From an uncultured Clostridia bacterium (GTDB lineage Bacteria > Bacillota > Clostridia > UBA1381), in NCBI GenBank assembly GCA_934476075.1, contig CAKSNH010000013.1, positions 1-64,000 on the forward strand: a stretch of DNA of 64,000 bases. Reading direction: 5' to 3'. Position numbers and translations under genes: made by a program. The notes beneath the pieces were generated by a model. The model searched no databases, was not told the origin of the DNA, and was given only the letters and a program-made list of their open reading frames with translations. This document shows positions 9,756 to 19,212 of the stretch, piece by piece. Position 1 is the stretch's first letter. Each line of letters begins with the position of its first letter.

Positions 9756-9858
9756 TTTTAATTTGTAGGAAATTGCGTAAAACGCAATGACGAAAAATCA
9801 AAAATGCTACCTTAGTCCTCCGCCCGCAGGCGGTGCTTCTATCAGAAGCTTTTTTATA
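9756..9858 (+). repeat. Intergenic repeat family 1, copy 1 (~100 bp, ends in a terminator-like double hairpin).
   Basis: TTAATTTGTAGGAAATTGCGTAAAACGCAATGACGAAAAATCAAAAATGCTACCTTAGTCCTCCGCCCGCAGGCGGTGCTTCTATCAGAAGCTTTTTTAT. Confidence 0.8.
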
Positions 9859-10286
9859 CTTTTCCCCTACTTTTTCCCCTACTTTTTCAAAAAAAACTTA
9901 AATATTTTGAAATTTATCCTATACTTTTGGCAAAAAGTATGGGGACAAAAAGATATGTTTATGTATAATGTAAATATGTAAAAACAACAATTTGCAACAC
10001 CGGAAAGAGTCGTCTGCAAAAAACAAAGATAAAGGGCATCTTTTTATGTATGTGCTTTAACATATTGTAAAGTATATTATAGTTTCTTATAAAAAGACGC
10101 ATTCCTTTTTAGCAGACATACTCTATTCAAGTATATTACACTTTTGACATTTTGTCAATGGCTTGCGGATTTTGAAGTTCCCTATTTTTTGGCAGCATCC
10201 AAAACCTATATCAGGAAACAAGGATAATTTGCATACATTTGTGAAAGAAACGGGTTTATAAGCTTTTCGGAGAGGAGGCGAGGCAT

Positions 10287-10670
10287 ATGATAAATGAGAA
10301 GCATAAAACGGCTGCGTACAAAATTATTCCGTCACAGGGCGGAAACCGTTACAGCTTTTTCTGCGAATTGTCAGGAATGCTTGTCTGTACCACAGGAACG
10401 TATTATGCAGACGATTCTGAGGCAGAGCTTTTGGCGGCATGGGAAGCGGAGGGCAAGAAAAATTTTAATTTATGCCATTTGTGCGGCAGATGGATTGATT
10501 CGATTGTATATAATCCGGATATGCTTATGTGCGTGAATTGTGCTCCTCTTGAGGAAGAAGTAAAGTATTGCAAGCACTGCGGTGCAAAAGCAAACAACGA
10601 AGATACAATTTGTTTTGTATGCGGCAAAAAACTATTATATGGAGGAGTTGATGACAGTGACGAGATATAG
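10287..10670 (+). CDS. Small double zinc-ribbon protein (127 aa), cytoplasmic.
   Basis: CxxC pairs: CHLCGRW...CVNCAP and CKHCGAK...CFVCGKK. No signal peptide. First gene of a three-gene coupled operon. Confidence 0.5.
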   Translation: MINEKHKTAAYKIIPSQGGNRYSFFCELSGMLVCTTGTYYADDSEAELLAAWEAEGKKNFNLCHLCGRWIDSIVYNPDMLMCVNCAPLEEEVKYCKHCGAKANNEDTICFVCGKKLLYGGVDDSDEI

Positions 10671-10941
10671 ACCGTTAAGAAAAGATGTTTTGGAGTATTT
10701 CGGTTTTGGTACTAAAAATATGAAAAGGCTTAAAATCTGCCGGTGCTGCGGAAATGTACAGACTGCAAAAAACAAGTTTTGCAAAGCTTGTCAGACAAAA
10801 CTGCCGGAGGAAACAGTTTTTGATATTTACAAAGCAAAGCATCGTTGTTGCACCAAATGCGAAAATGTTCTCCCTAATGATGCGGAGTATTGTCCCATTT
10901 GTGGAACAAAGCAAAACAATAAAGAAAGAGAGGCGATATGA
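10639..10941 (+). CDS. Small double zinc-ribbon protein (~100 aa).
   Basis: CRCCGNV...CKACQTK and CTKCENV...CPICGTK. Its start overlaps the stop of the upstream gene, and its stop overlaps the ATG of the downstream giant gene (ATGA). Confidence 0.5.
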   Translation: MEELMTVTRYRPLRKDVLEYFGFGTKNMKRLKICRCCGNVQTAKNKFCKACQTKLPEETVFDIYKAKHRCCTKCENVLPNDAEYCPICGTKQNNKEREAI

Positions 10942-13900
10942 ATATGAAGAAGTTTTTATCACTGTGTATGGTATTTATTATGTTGATGACGTTTTTGCCG
11001 TTTACGGCATTTGCGGACTATTCCGACGGTCAGAACTGCGGAAGCTGCGGGCACTACCACTGGGACAGCTATTGCTGCGGAAACTGCGGCCGCTGTACGG
11101 AGGATTGCAGAAGCGACTGTTTTGAAATCACTCATTGCCAAAGCTGCGGAGAATGTTTTGCCGATATGAGCGAAAACGAATACTGCACCGAATGCTGGAA
11201 TTGTATAGAATGCGGCGAAAACGAGCACTGCAAATATTGCGGAGAGTGCGGCAGGGATATTTGCAGCGACTGTCATATCTGCGAAGACTGCCGACAGACG
11301 AACGGCGCTATCTGCCAGTACTGCGATGCCTGTCTGACTTGTCTTTACGGCGAGGGAGAACTTGATGAGGAGGATATGTGCAAGACCTGTCGTGCAACTC
11401 TTGCCTGCTGTCTGTCTATCGTTTGCCAGGAATGTCTGTCCTCCTGCAATCAATGTAAATCCATAGACGAATTCTGCACAAGTTGCGAAAGGTGCGTAGA
11501 CTGTGTCACGGATAATATCATCTGCATGGAATGTGGCAAGTGTAAGGACTGCTGGGGGGGAGACCACTGTACGGAATGTAACAGCTGTGAATATGAATAC
11601 CACGGTGCCTGCGAAATGTGCGATAATTGCGCCGAAAAAGACGACAGAATCTGCGAAAGCTGCGGCAGCTGCGGTTTTTGCAGCGACTGGGAGCCAAGCG
11701 CTATTTGCCCCAACTGCAACGCTTGTCCGGAAGAATATGACAGACGCTGCGAGGACGGGGAACACTGCAATCTTTGCTGGGAGTGGATTTGTGAAAACTG
11801 TAATCAGTGCAGCCACGAAGGCAACATACTGTGTTCGGATTGCGGAGATTACTGCAGCTCGTGTGAAAATTTCTGCTACGACTGTGAGAAATGCGAGGAA
11901 TGTTGCCGTAATACCAGCGAAGAAAACGGCTGCTATCACGGTATATGCGTGGAAAGCAGTGACTGGGACGATTATTCTCACCGCTGTCAATCCTGCGGAA
12001 ATTGCTTTGAGGAAGATGAGATGTGCGACGATTGCAGTCTTTGCGCAGAGTGCTGTCTTAACGAAAGCCAAGGGAATGGCTGTGAGCACGGCATATGCGT
12101 TGAAAGTGCAGACTGGGATGCAGAGGGTCACCGTTGCAGCAGCTGCGGTGAATGTTTTGAAGAAAACGAATTCTGCCCCGACTGCGGATACTGTCTGGAT
12201 TGCTGTTTGAACAATGCCGACTTTGCCGGATGCGTCCACGGTGTCTGCATTGAGAGTAATGAATGGCTAAATCATTTTTGCGACCTGCATGATGGCTGTG
12301 TGGAGGTTTTGTGTGACACCTGCGGCGGCTGTGCCGGCTGCTGCGATAAAATGCGTGCACAGGAAAATTGTACGCACACGCACGTTTGCCCGGGCTCATC
12401 GGGCTGGAGCAAGCATTTCTGCAAAACGTGCAATAAGTGCTTTGCACCTGACGAGATGTGCCAATACTGCGGCAAGTGCCTTGTCTGCTGCAAGTCGGCA
12501 ACGCCTTGCTCCTGCGGCAATGATATATGTCCGAGCGACCCGAAATGGCTCGACCATTATTGCACATCGCACGAAACCTGTTTCTCGAAATGTGCTCACG
12601 GTGCACATACGCATACGCCGGGAAGCACCTATGTGCAGGAGGACGCCAACAGGCATTATCAGACCTGTACCATTTGCGGTATAGCGATGAACCGAAACAG
12701 ACACAGATTAGGAGAAGGGGTTCGTGAAAACTTTTCCGAAGTTTTTGGAAAGCCTACCGCAATCATGCGTTTTACCTGCCTTGACTGCGGATACTCTGAG
12801 AGAAAGATGAGCTCGGTTTCGTCTGCCTGCGTAAACGGAACGTGCGAAGGCAGTGAAGTACTGGCTTATGACACAACGCATCATTGGAGGCAATGCAGCC
12901 TTTGCGGTGACGTAAAAGTCAGCACAAAAACAACGCACGATTTCTCGAAGAACCCCTATGCCTGCGGCGCTTTGAACTGTTATTATAAGAAAATTACCGC
13001 ACCGGCAATAGATACGGTCGGAGGCAAAGAACTTGAATGGGACTATGTTACCTATGTTGACGGCAAAGAAAAATATTACGCTGCGGACGAATTTACGGCG
13101 ATATTCGGTGAAAAACTGGTAATTCCGTATACGCTGTTAAGCGGCGAAAACGTAAAAATGTCGATTATCGACCCCGAAACGGGGATAAAGATAAATCCAC
13201 AACAGAGCACGCCATTTTGGAATATGTATGCCCAGCAACTGGTAACCTATACCAAAGACAGCGTTGTTTTGGATTTACAGGAGCCGCAGTGCCAACGTCT
13301 GTTTAAACACTTGTACGGTCAGTGCGGCAGATATGAATTTATCCTGCGTGCACATAACGAGCTTGGAGATTATGAGGCATACTACAACAGCAACGTGCGG
13401 TTCTTTATCAACCTGCCGCACGAAACGGATGAGTGGCAGATGAATGAAACGCAACACTGGAAGATTTGCTCCAATTCTGATTGCCCCGACGGCGGCAAGC
13501 GTGTGAATATCGGTGCACATGACTGGCGCCACGGCGATTCCTGCGTTGCTTGCGGAAAAATCCGTCCCGTGCGTATCACCTGGCAGACAACCGACCCGAA
13601 GCCGACTTACCGTCACGGACGTGATGACGAAAACTTCGTTAAACTCTCAGTCAAGGCACGAGGCAATAATCTTACTTATCAGTGGTACGGTGCTTATTAC
13701 GATTCTAACGGAGATGTTAAGATATTTAATATCAGTGACATAACGGACGACCCCGTAAACGGTCATGCGGGAACAAAAACCGATACGCTGACCGTTGGAC
13801 TGTATGACGCAATGTGCGGCGAGGTTTTGCAATATGAGGATGAATTTATGTATGTCTGCGTTGTTACCGGCGACGGCGGTACTGTGCAGTCCAAGCCGAT

Positions 13901-14891
13901 TCGCATTACTCCTCAGCACGACACCTCGTCTTACGAATACAGAAATAATTCGATATATACAAACAATCAGACAGACCAACATATGGTAATATGCAAAAAC
14001 TGCCACGAAGAATTTTATATGAAGCCGCACACACCTGGGTATTGGAAAACCACCAAGGAACCTACGGTTGACGATGAGGGCGAGCAGACCTATTACTGTG
14101 CTGACTGTGGCTTAACCAGGCAAAAACAGAAAATTCCCAAACTTGCCGCACCGCATACGCACAACTTCACTGTGGTGGCACATGACGGCATTGCACACTG
14201 GAATACCTGCTCCGATGAAGCTTGCGGACGCTCCGATAACTCCTATGTTCGCCATACATACAGCGACTGGGTGACCGTTACGGCACCAACAATATCTGCG
14301 TCCGGTATTAAGAAACGCATCTGCACGCAAGCCGGCTGCTGGAACGAACAAACCGCACCGATAGCACCGCTGACTCACACCTGCTCCTTTGTCAACAGCT
14401 CATATGTGTATGACGAAACAAGTCACTGGCTGGAATGTGAGAGTTCGGACTGTTCCGAAAAGCTCCGCGTGATACCGCACCGTTATAATCAGATGGTATT
14501 TCCTAAGAAACCTACTCTGACAGAGGAAGGAATCGGTCATCATAGCTGTGCCGTATGCCTTTACGAAGAGGACGTAACGCTTCAGAAGATTACCGAAGAA
14601 CCCGTCTTGCAGCTGTTTGAAAAAAACGGTGAATATTGCATACACGCTTCCAACGGCGGAATTTCTGCCTATGTTTGGATAGCAAGCTATAAAAACGGGC
14701 AGATGATTGATGTGAAAAGAGAAGTTATCCGCCAAATAGATATGCCGGTACTTGACGCTTCTGTCGACACCCTTGAACTGAATATTTTGGAGGCGGATGA
14801 GATTAGGGCGTTTATGTTCAGCTATGATAAGCAGATAAAGCCTCTTTTGCCTGCGGCAAGACTGAAAATAACAATTACAGAGGACATTTGA
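10938..14891 (+). CDS. Giant secreted, extremely cysteine-rich repeat protein (1317 aa). The N-terminal ~530 aa are a dense array of CxxC/CxC knuckles. The C-terminal ~790 aa contain repeated HxW-C...C modules interspersed with beta-rich segments.
   Basis: Signal peptide MNMKKFLSLCMVFIMLMTFLPFTAFA. Roughly one residue in four to five is Cys across the first ~100 mature residues (e.g. NCGSCGHYHWDSYCCGNCGRCTEDCRSDCFEITHCQSCGECF...). There are three consecutive ~45-aa modules GC[YEV]HG[IV]C[VI]ES.DW...C.[SD]CG.CFEE.E.C.DC..C..CC. Translationally coupled to two zinc-ribbon genes. Confidence 0.7.
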   Translation: MNMKKFLSLCMVFIMLMTFLPFTAFADYSDGQNCGSCGHYHWDSYCCGNCGRCTEDCRSDCFEITHCQSCGECFADMSENEYCTECWNCIECGENEHCKYCGECGRDICSDCHICEDCRQTNGAICQYCDACLTCLYGEGELDEEDMCKTCRATLACCLSIVCQECLSSCNQCKSIDEFCTSCERCVDCVTDNIICMECGKCKDCWGGDHCTECNSCEYEYHGACEMCDNCAEKDDRICESCGSCGFCSDWEPSAICPNCNACPEEYDRRCEDGEHCNLCWEWICENCNQCSHEGNILCSDCGDYCSSCENFCYDCEKCEECCRNTSEENGCYHGICVESSDWDDYSHRCQSCGNCFEEDEMCDDCSLCAECCLNESQGNGCEHGICVESADWDAEGHRCSSCGECFEENEFCPDCGYCLDCCLNNADFAGCVHGVCIESNEWLNHFCDLHDGCVEVLCDTCGGCAGCCDKMRAQENCTHTHVCPGSSGWSKHFCKTCNKCFAPDEMCQYCGKCLVCCKSATPCSCGNDICPSDPKWLDHYCTSHETCFSKCAHGAHTHTPGSTYVQEDANRHYQTCTICGIAMNRNRHRLGEGVRENFSEVFGKPTAIMRFTCLDCGYSERKMSSVSSACVNGTCEGSEVLAYDTTHHWRQCSLCGDVKVSTKTTHDFSKNPYACGALNCYYKKITAPAIDTVGGKELEWDYVTYVDGKEKYYAADEFTAIFGEKLVIPYTLLSGENVKMSIIDPETGIKINPQQSTPFWNMYAQQLVTYTKDSVVLDLQEPQCQRLFKHLYGQCGRYEFILRAHNELGDYEAYYNSNVRFFINLPHETDEWQMNETQHWKICSNSDCPDGGKRVNIGAHDWRHGDSCVACGKIRPVRITWQTTDPKPTYRHGRDDENFVKLSVKARGNNLTYQWYGAYYDSNGDVKIFNISDITDDPVNGHAGTKTDTLTVGLYDAMCGEVLQYEDEFMYVCVVTGDGGTVQSKPIRITPQHDTSSYEYRNNSIYTNNQTDQHMVICKNCHEEFYMKPHTPGYWKTTKEPTVDDEGEQTYYCADCGLTRQKQKIPKLAAPHTHNFTVVAHDGIAHWNTCSDEACGRSDNSYVRHTYSDWVTVTAPTISASGIKKRICTQAGCWNEQTAPIAPLTHTCSFVNSSYVYDETSHWLECESSDCSEKLRVIPHRYNQMVFPKKPTLTEEGIGHHSCAVCLYEEDVTLQKITEEPVLQLFEKNGEYCIHASNGGISAYVWIASYKNGQMIDVKREVIRQIDMPVLDASVDTLELNILEADEIRAFMFSYDKQIKPLLPAARLKITITEDI

Positions 14892-15239
14892 AAAATCTTA
14901 CGGTATGCGGCAAGCTATACAAAAACCATTCTTAATGAGCAGGACATAAGGTTGAGAAGGGTTATTGTATCGGCGGTGTAATAATGTTTGACGGGTGTTG
15001 GGATATAAATATTGATAAATGCTGCCTGTACGGCTGCAACGGTGTAAGCGTAACAAACTCGGCAATTAAAAATAACAGCAGCTCGGAGAATTCGTATTTT
15101 ATAAGCACTTACGATTGCTCGGATATTGAATTTTCCGGCTGTGACTTTTCAAATAATTCTTATTATAATTTCTTGCAGCGTCGATGCTGTAAAATTTATC
15201 GGATGCAAATGATGATAAGCATATTAAGGGAGTGAAATT

Positions 15240-16319
15240 ATGGAAACAGTACAAAACTATAAGTGTCCTTGCTGCGGTGCTTCGCTGATTTTTCGGAATG
15301 AGGCGCTGCACTGCGATTCTTGTGGAAATGATTTTGAACTTGACGCCATGCAGCAAATTGACGATGCCGGAGCACAAATGCAGGGTGAATCAAAATATGA
15401 CTGGGAGCATTACGAACCGAGAAGTTATGAAGCAGACGGAGAGATTGAACTCGCAAGCTATACCTGTCCCTCCTGTGGTGCGGAAATAACCGGTGACGAT
15501 ACAATGGGGTCAACCGTTTGTCCATACTGTGGCGATGCAGCGGTGATTAAGGGACAGTTTGAAGGTGCTCTCCGACCTGACTATATTATTCCGTTTAAGA
15601 CAGATAAGAAGGCGGCAATGGAGGCATTTGAGGCAGATTTCAAAAATGCACCGTTCCTACCGGATGAATTTAAGGTTAAAAAGAAAATAGAAGAAATGGT
15701 GGGTGTTTATGTGCCGTTTTGGATGTTTGACTGCGATTGCAGTGCGGCAATAACTTACGGTGCACAAATAGTTGCAAGTTGGAGTGATTCCAATTATCAT
15801 TATACCAAAACAGATTATTACAGACTTTTCAGAAGCGGCAGTGTGGGTTTTGCCAACATTCCTGTTGACGGCTCAAAAAAAGCGGATGACGCATATATGG
15901 AGGCGGTAGAACCTTTTTGTTATGATGATGCAGTGGAGTTTAACGGTGCATATCTTTCGGGGTATATGGCGGATAAATATGATGTTTCGGTAGAGGAAAG
16001 CATAGAGCGAGCGAACGAACGTGTAAAAAATTCAACGGTTTCGGTATTTAAGGAAACGACGAGCGGTTACACTGCGGTGATTCCCGAAAGTACAAAAATC
16101 AGTTTTTCAGACGGTAAAATAAGGTATTCCCTGCTCCCGGTTTGGATGCTCAATATTAAATATATGAACAATACATATAAGTTTGCTATCAACGGACAGA
16201 CCGGTAAGGTTGTCGGTGAATACCCTATTGATAACAGAAAAAAATGGAGATATTTTGCGAAAATTGCCGGCTTTGCTTATATAGCAGCGGCAGTTATAGC
16301 ATATTTCTTGCTGCATTAG
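15240..16319 (+). CDS. Double zinc-ribbon protein with a C-terminal TM anchor. Resembles the B. subtilis YdjG-like partner of the TPM/SPFH stress module.
   Basis: CPCCGAS...CDSCGND and CPSCGAE...CPYCGD ribbons, then a ~250-aa domain and a terminal hydrophobic helix (FAKIAGFAYIAAAVIAYFLL). RBS AAGGGAG. Confidence 0.55.
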   Translation: METVQNYKCPCCGASLIFRNEALHCDSCGNDFELDAMQQIDDAGAQMQGESKYDWEHYEPRSYEADGEIELASYTCPSCGAEITGDDTMGSTVCPYCGDAAVIKGQFEGALRPDYIIPFKTDKKAAMEAFEADFKNAPFLPDEFKVKKKIEEMVGVYVPFWMFDCDCSAAITYGAQIVASWSDSNYHYTKTDYYRLFRSGSVGFANIPVDGSKKADDAYMEAVEPFCYDDAVEFNGAYLSGYMADKYDVSVEESIERANERVKNSTVSVFKETTSGYTAVIPESTKISFSDGKIRYSLLPVWMLNIKYMNNTYKFAINGQTGKVVGEYPIDNRKKWRYFAKIAGFAYIAAAVIAYFLLH

Positions 16320-16330
16320 GAGGGAGCAAA

Positions 16331-17107
16331 ATGAAAAGAATTGTTACAATCATGATTGGCTTTCTCTGCTTTGTATTGACAATTACCGTATATGCGGATT
16401 TTAACAAACCTACGATTACGGATTCGGTCGGATACCTGACAGAGGAACAGAATAAAGAACTGTCGGCAAGGCTTGATAAAATTCGTGAACAATATAGTTT
16501 TGACATCGCATTTGTTTCAGAGGATAGATTATCTGCCTATGACGCACAAACGTCAGCAGACGACATTTACGATTATAATGGCTACGGCTACGGTGAAAAT
16601 TATGACGGAATACTTTTTTATATAGCAGATTCCGAAAGAGAATATCATTTTACCGTCTGCGGCAGCGGTGAAACGATATTTAACGAAAACGGTCTTGCCT
16701 ATCTGGAAAAAAATATTGTTCCGTATTTGAAGAAAGACAATTATTATGCTGCGGTCAAATCATACGCCAATCATACGGAAGAACTTTTGGAGATGGCAGC
16801 AGATGGCAAGCCATTCAACAAAACTCAGCACAGCATGAAGTATATCCTGTGTGTGGTTGCCGGGGGGCTTCTTCTTCCCCTTATTCTTGCATATTTTATG
16901 ATGCACAAAAAGCTCTGTGCAATGAAAACGGCGGTCAAAGAGGATTATGCCGGCAATTATATGAAACCGAACAGTATGAATCTTGACTTTTCAAGGGATA
17001 TATTCCTTTACAGCACCGTGACAAAAACGGAAAAACCGAAATCGGATTCCGGAAGCCATACATCGTCTTCCGGCAGAAGTCACGGCGGAAGAGGCGGAAG
17101 TTTTTAA
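16331..17107 (+). CDS. TPM-domain (TLP18.3/Psb32/MOLO-1, DUF477) membrane protein, YdjH/YgcG-like.
   Basis: Signal/TM segment, then the TPM motif VGYLTEEQNKELSARLDKIREQYSFDIAFV, a C-terminal TM and a Gly/Ser/Arg-rich tail (SSGRSHGGRGGSF). Confidence 0.65.
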   Translation: MKRIVTIMIGFLCFVLTITVYADFNKPTITDSVGYLTEEQNKELSARLDKIREQYSFDIAFVSEDRLSAYDAQTSADDIYDYNGYGYGENYDGILFYIADSEREYHFTVCGSGETIFNENGLAYLEKNIVPYLKKDNYYAAVKSYANHTEELLEMAADGKPFNKTQHSMKYILCVVAGGLLLPLILAYFMMHKKLCAMKTAVKEDYAGNYMKPNSMNLDFSRDIFLYSTVTKTEKPKSDSGSHTSSSGRSHGGRGGSF

Positions 17108-17133
17108 TAAAAAAATTTAAGGAGGAAAAAAAT

Positions 17134-18012
17134 ATGGGACTTGGTGATTTTTTCAAGAACATTTTCGGCAAAAAGAATTGTGCATTATGCGGAAAGGAAT
17201 GCGGTATGATGCATCGTTCAAAAATCAAGAACAAGGAATTTTTATGTGACGATTGCGGAAATCTATGTTCAAAGTACATTAGGCTGAGCGAGCTGACATT
17301 GGACGAAGTTAAGGGACATATAGAATATATGAAACGGCAGAACAGACTTTTTGAGGAGGTCTATTCCAAAGAAGGAAACAAGGACACATACCCTTCGTCG
17401 CTCAAGGAAATGGGTATTGAATTTTGCGATGATTTGGGGATGTTTCGGATTAAACACAGAAACAACACGGGCAGAGGCAAAATGAACGAGCTTTTCCGCT
17501 ACGACCAGGTGGCAGGCTATGAGGAATACATAGATGAAACACCGTCAACCGAGCCGGGGAAAAAACCTGAATTTAAGGAATGCGGATTAAAAATCAAGCT
17601 TTTGGGCGGAAATATGAGCAAGGTGAATACAGACAACAAAAAAGGTCTTCGTCCTCATCCGTATATCAAGCAAGAACTTAAAATCTGTTTCAGCAAAAAC
17701 AATCGTTCGGACGCACAGTATGCACATAATGCAAAATGCAAGTTTGATTATATTTTCGGTGTTCATGATGATGAAAGAGGTTTGTTCGGCTTTGGCAGAA
17801 GTAATGCAGAAAAAAGAGAGGATGCGGCAGCGATTGGAATGGCGGCGGCATTCGGAACGGCTTTTAAGGCTGCAACAAAAGGAGAGGAAGCCATAACGGA
17901 GGCGGACAAAGAAAAATTGAAGGAAGGCATAAATGCTATGAATGACGCAGCGACCGGCGGTATGGCGGTTTACACAAGACGTGCGGACGATGCGGAAGCC
18001 AAAATAAAGTAA
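17134..18012 (+). CDS. Hypothetical zinc-ribbon protein (292 aa).
   Basis: N-terminal CALCGKEC...CDDCGNLC ribbon. The N-terminus MGLGDFFKNIFG resembles that of the downstream SPFH-like gene. Ala-rich C-terminus. RBS AAGGAGG. Confidence 0.45.
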   Translation: MGLGDFFKNIFGKKNCALCGKECGMMHRSKIKNKEFLCDDCGNLCSKYIRLSELTLDEVKGHIEYMKRQNRLFEEVYSKEGNKDTYPSSLKEMGIEFCDDLGMFRIKHRNNTGRGKMNELFRYDQVAGYEEYIDETPSTEPGKKPEFKECGLKIKLLGGNMSKVNTDNKKGLRPHPYIKQELKICFSKNNRSDAQYAHNAKCKFDYIFGVHDDERGLFGFGRSNAEKREDAAAIGMAAAFGTAFKAATKGEEAITEADKEKLKEGINAMNDAATGGMAVYTRRADDAEAKIK

Positions 18013-18027
18013 CGGGAGGTGCAAAAC

Positions 18028-19212
18028 GTGAAAAAACTATCATTATTGCTTGCAATATTGCTGATTTTAAACGTCACTGTTGTCTGTGCGGAATGGGAAA
18101 CATTCAAATCGGCGGACGGTATGTATGAATACACAAATGATGGAGTAATTACCGCTTATTACGGTGATGAATTTGCCTTTTTTCCGGAAGAAATAGACGG
18201 AACAAAAATCAATGAAATCGGCGTTATGGCTTGTTTTGACTTAGGAATTAAATTCATATCCTTTGCCGAAGGAATTGAATTGATAAACACAAATGCTTTT
18301 GAAGGCTGCAATGCCGAAAGTGCATATATTCCGTCAAGTGTGAAAAATATTGGTGAGCGTGCTTTTGCAAACTGTGCAAATCTTAATGAGGTTACATTGA
18401 ATTCAGAGGAAATAACATTTGATTTTGATGTGTTTATCGGAACCGGATTTATAAAGTTTTATATCCCGTGCACGGCAGATAAGGATGTGATGTACGAAAA
18501 AATATTCAATGCAAAGGGTGATGGGAATTTTAGTTTTTCACTTATGCACACTGCGATTGTTGAAAGTATGACGGAAAAGGATATTTTCGGTGAGAACATG
18601 ATATACTGCGAGAACTGCGGTTTTAAAGGAAGTAGATATTTGGAGGATACATCTCTGCCGTTTGCGGACGTATCGCAGGACGCATGGTACTATTCTTATG
18701 TACAGATGGCGTACAGCTTCGGCATCATAAACGGGAAAAATGAAATGGAATTTGACCCGAATGCAGGGCTTACCTGTGCGGAGGCAGCCAAAATTGCCGC
18801 AGTAATTCACAATAAAAGCCAATACGAAAGAGAGGAAGTTGAATTCCAAATGACCGGTGAAAACTGGTATGATGTTTATGTGGATTATTGCTATGACAAT
18901 GCAATAATTGAAGATTATATCATCTTTGATTGGGAGAAAAACGCAACGCGTGCACAGATGGCATATCTGTTTTCAAGGTGCGACGTCAATCCGTATTTTA
19001 TAAACGATGTCCCGATAACCGATATTCCGGACGTTTATGACACAACGCCCTTCGCATATGAAATTTTGGATCTTTACAATAAGGGAGTCGCAGTGGGAGG
19101 CAATGAATACATGGCATTTTATCCGGATTCACAGGTTAAACGGAGCGAAGCAGCAGCACTGATTTCGAGAATTCTTTGCTATGATATGAGAATTGAATTG
19201 CCGAAAGGGTGA
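18028..19212 (+). CDS. Cell-surface protein with BspA-type leucine-rich repeats and C-terminal SLH-like repeats.
   Basis: Signal peptide. LRR_5-type units (INTNAFEGCNAESAYIPSSVKNIGERAFANCANLNEVTL). SLH-like segments (FADVSQDAWYYSYVQMAYSFGIINGKNEMEFDP; FINDVPITDIPDVYDTTPFAYEILDLYNKGVAVG). The start is alternatively the GTG at 18019. Confidence 0.6.
   Translation: MKKLSLLLAILLILNVTVVCAEWETFKSADGMYEYTNDGVITAYYGDEFAFFPEEIDGTKINEIGVMACFDLGIKFISFAEGIELINTNAFEGCNAESAYIPSSVKNIGERAFANCANLNEVTLNSEEITFDFDVFIGTGFIKFYIPCTADKDVMYEKIFNAKGDGNFSFSLMHTAIVESMTEKDIFGENMIYCENCGFKGSRYLEDTSLPFADVSQDAWYYSYVQMAYSFGIINGKNEMEFDPNAGLTCAEAAKIAAVIHNKSQYEREEVEFQMTGENWYDVYVDYCYDNAIIEDYIIFDWEKNATRAQMAYLFSRCDVNPYFINDVPITDIPDVYDTTPFAYEILDLYNKGVAVGGNEYMAFYPDSQVKRSEAAALISRILCYDMRIELPKG

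Noticed and set aside
9866-9892. Short direct repeat CCCCTACTTTTT occurring twice, next to repeat-family-1 copy 1.
   Set aside because: Two copies of 12 nt in an AT-rich intergenic region are too short to interpret. It is possibly part of the insertion scar, but not reportable alone.
10959-12239. 426-aa minus-strand ORF rich in Ala/Thr/Val.
   Set aside because: It lies entirely antisense to the Cys-rich gene. TGC/TGT codons read in reverse give GCA/ACA. There is no RBS or start context. It is a shadow ORF.
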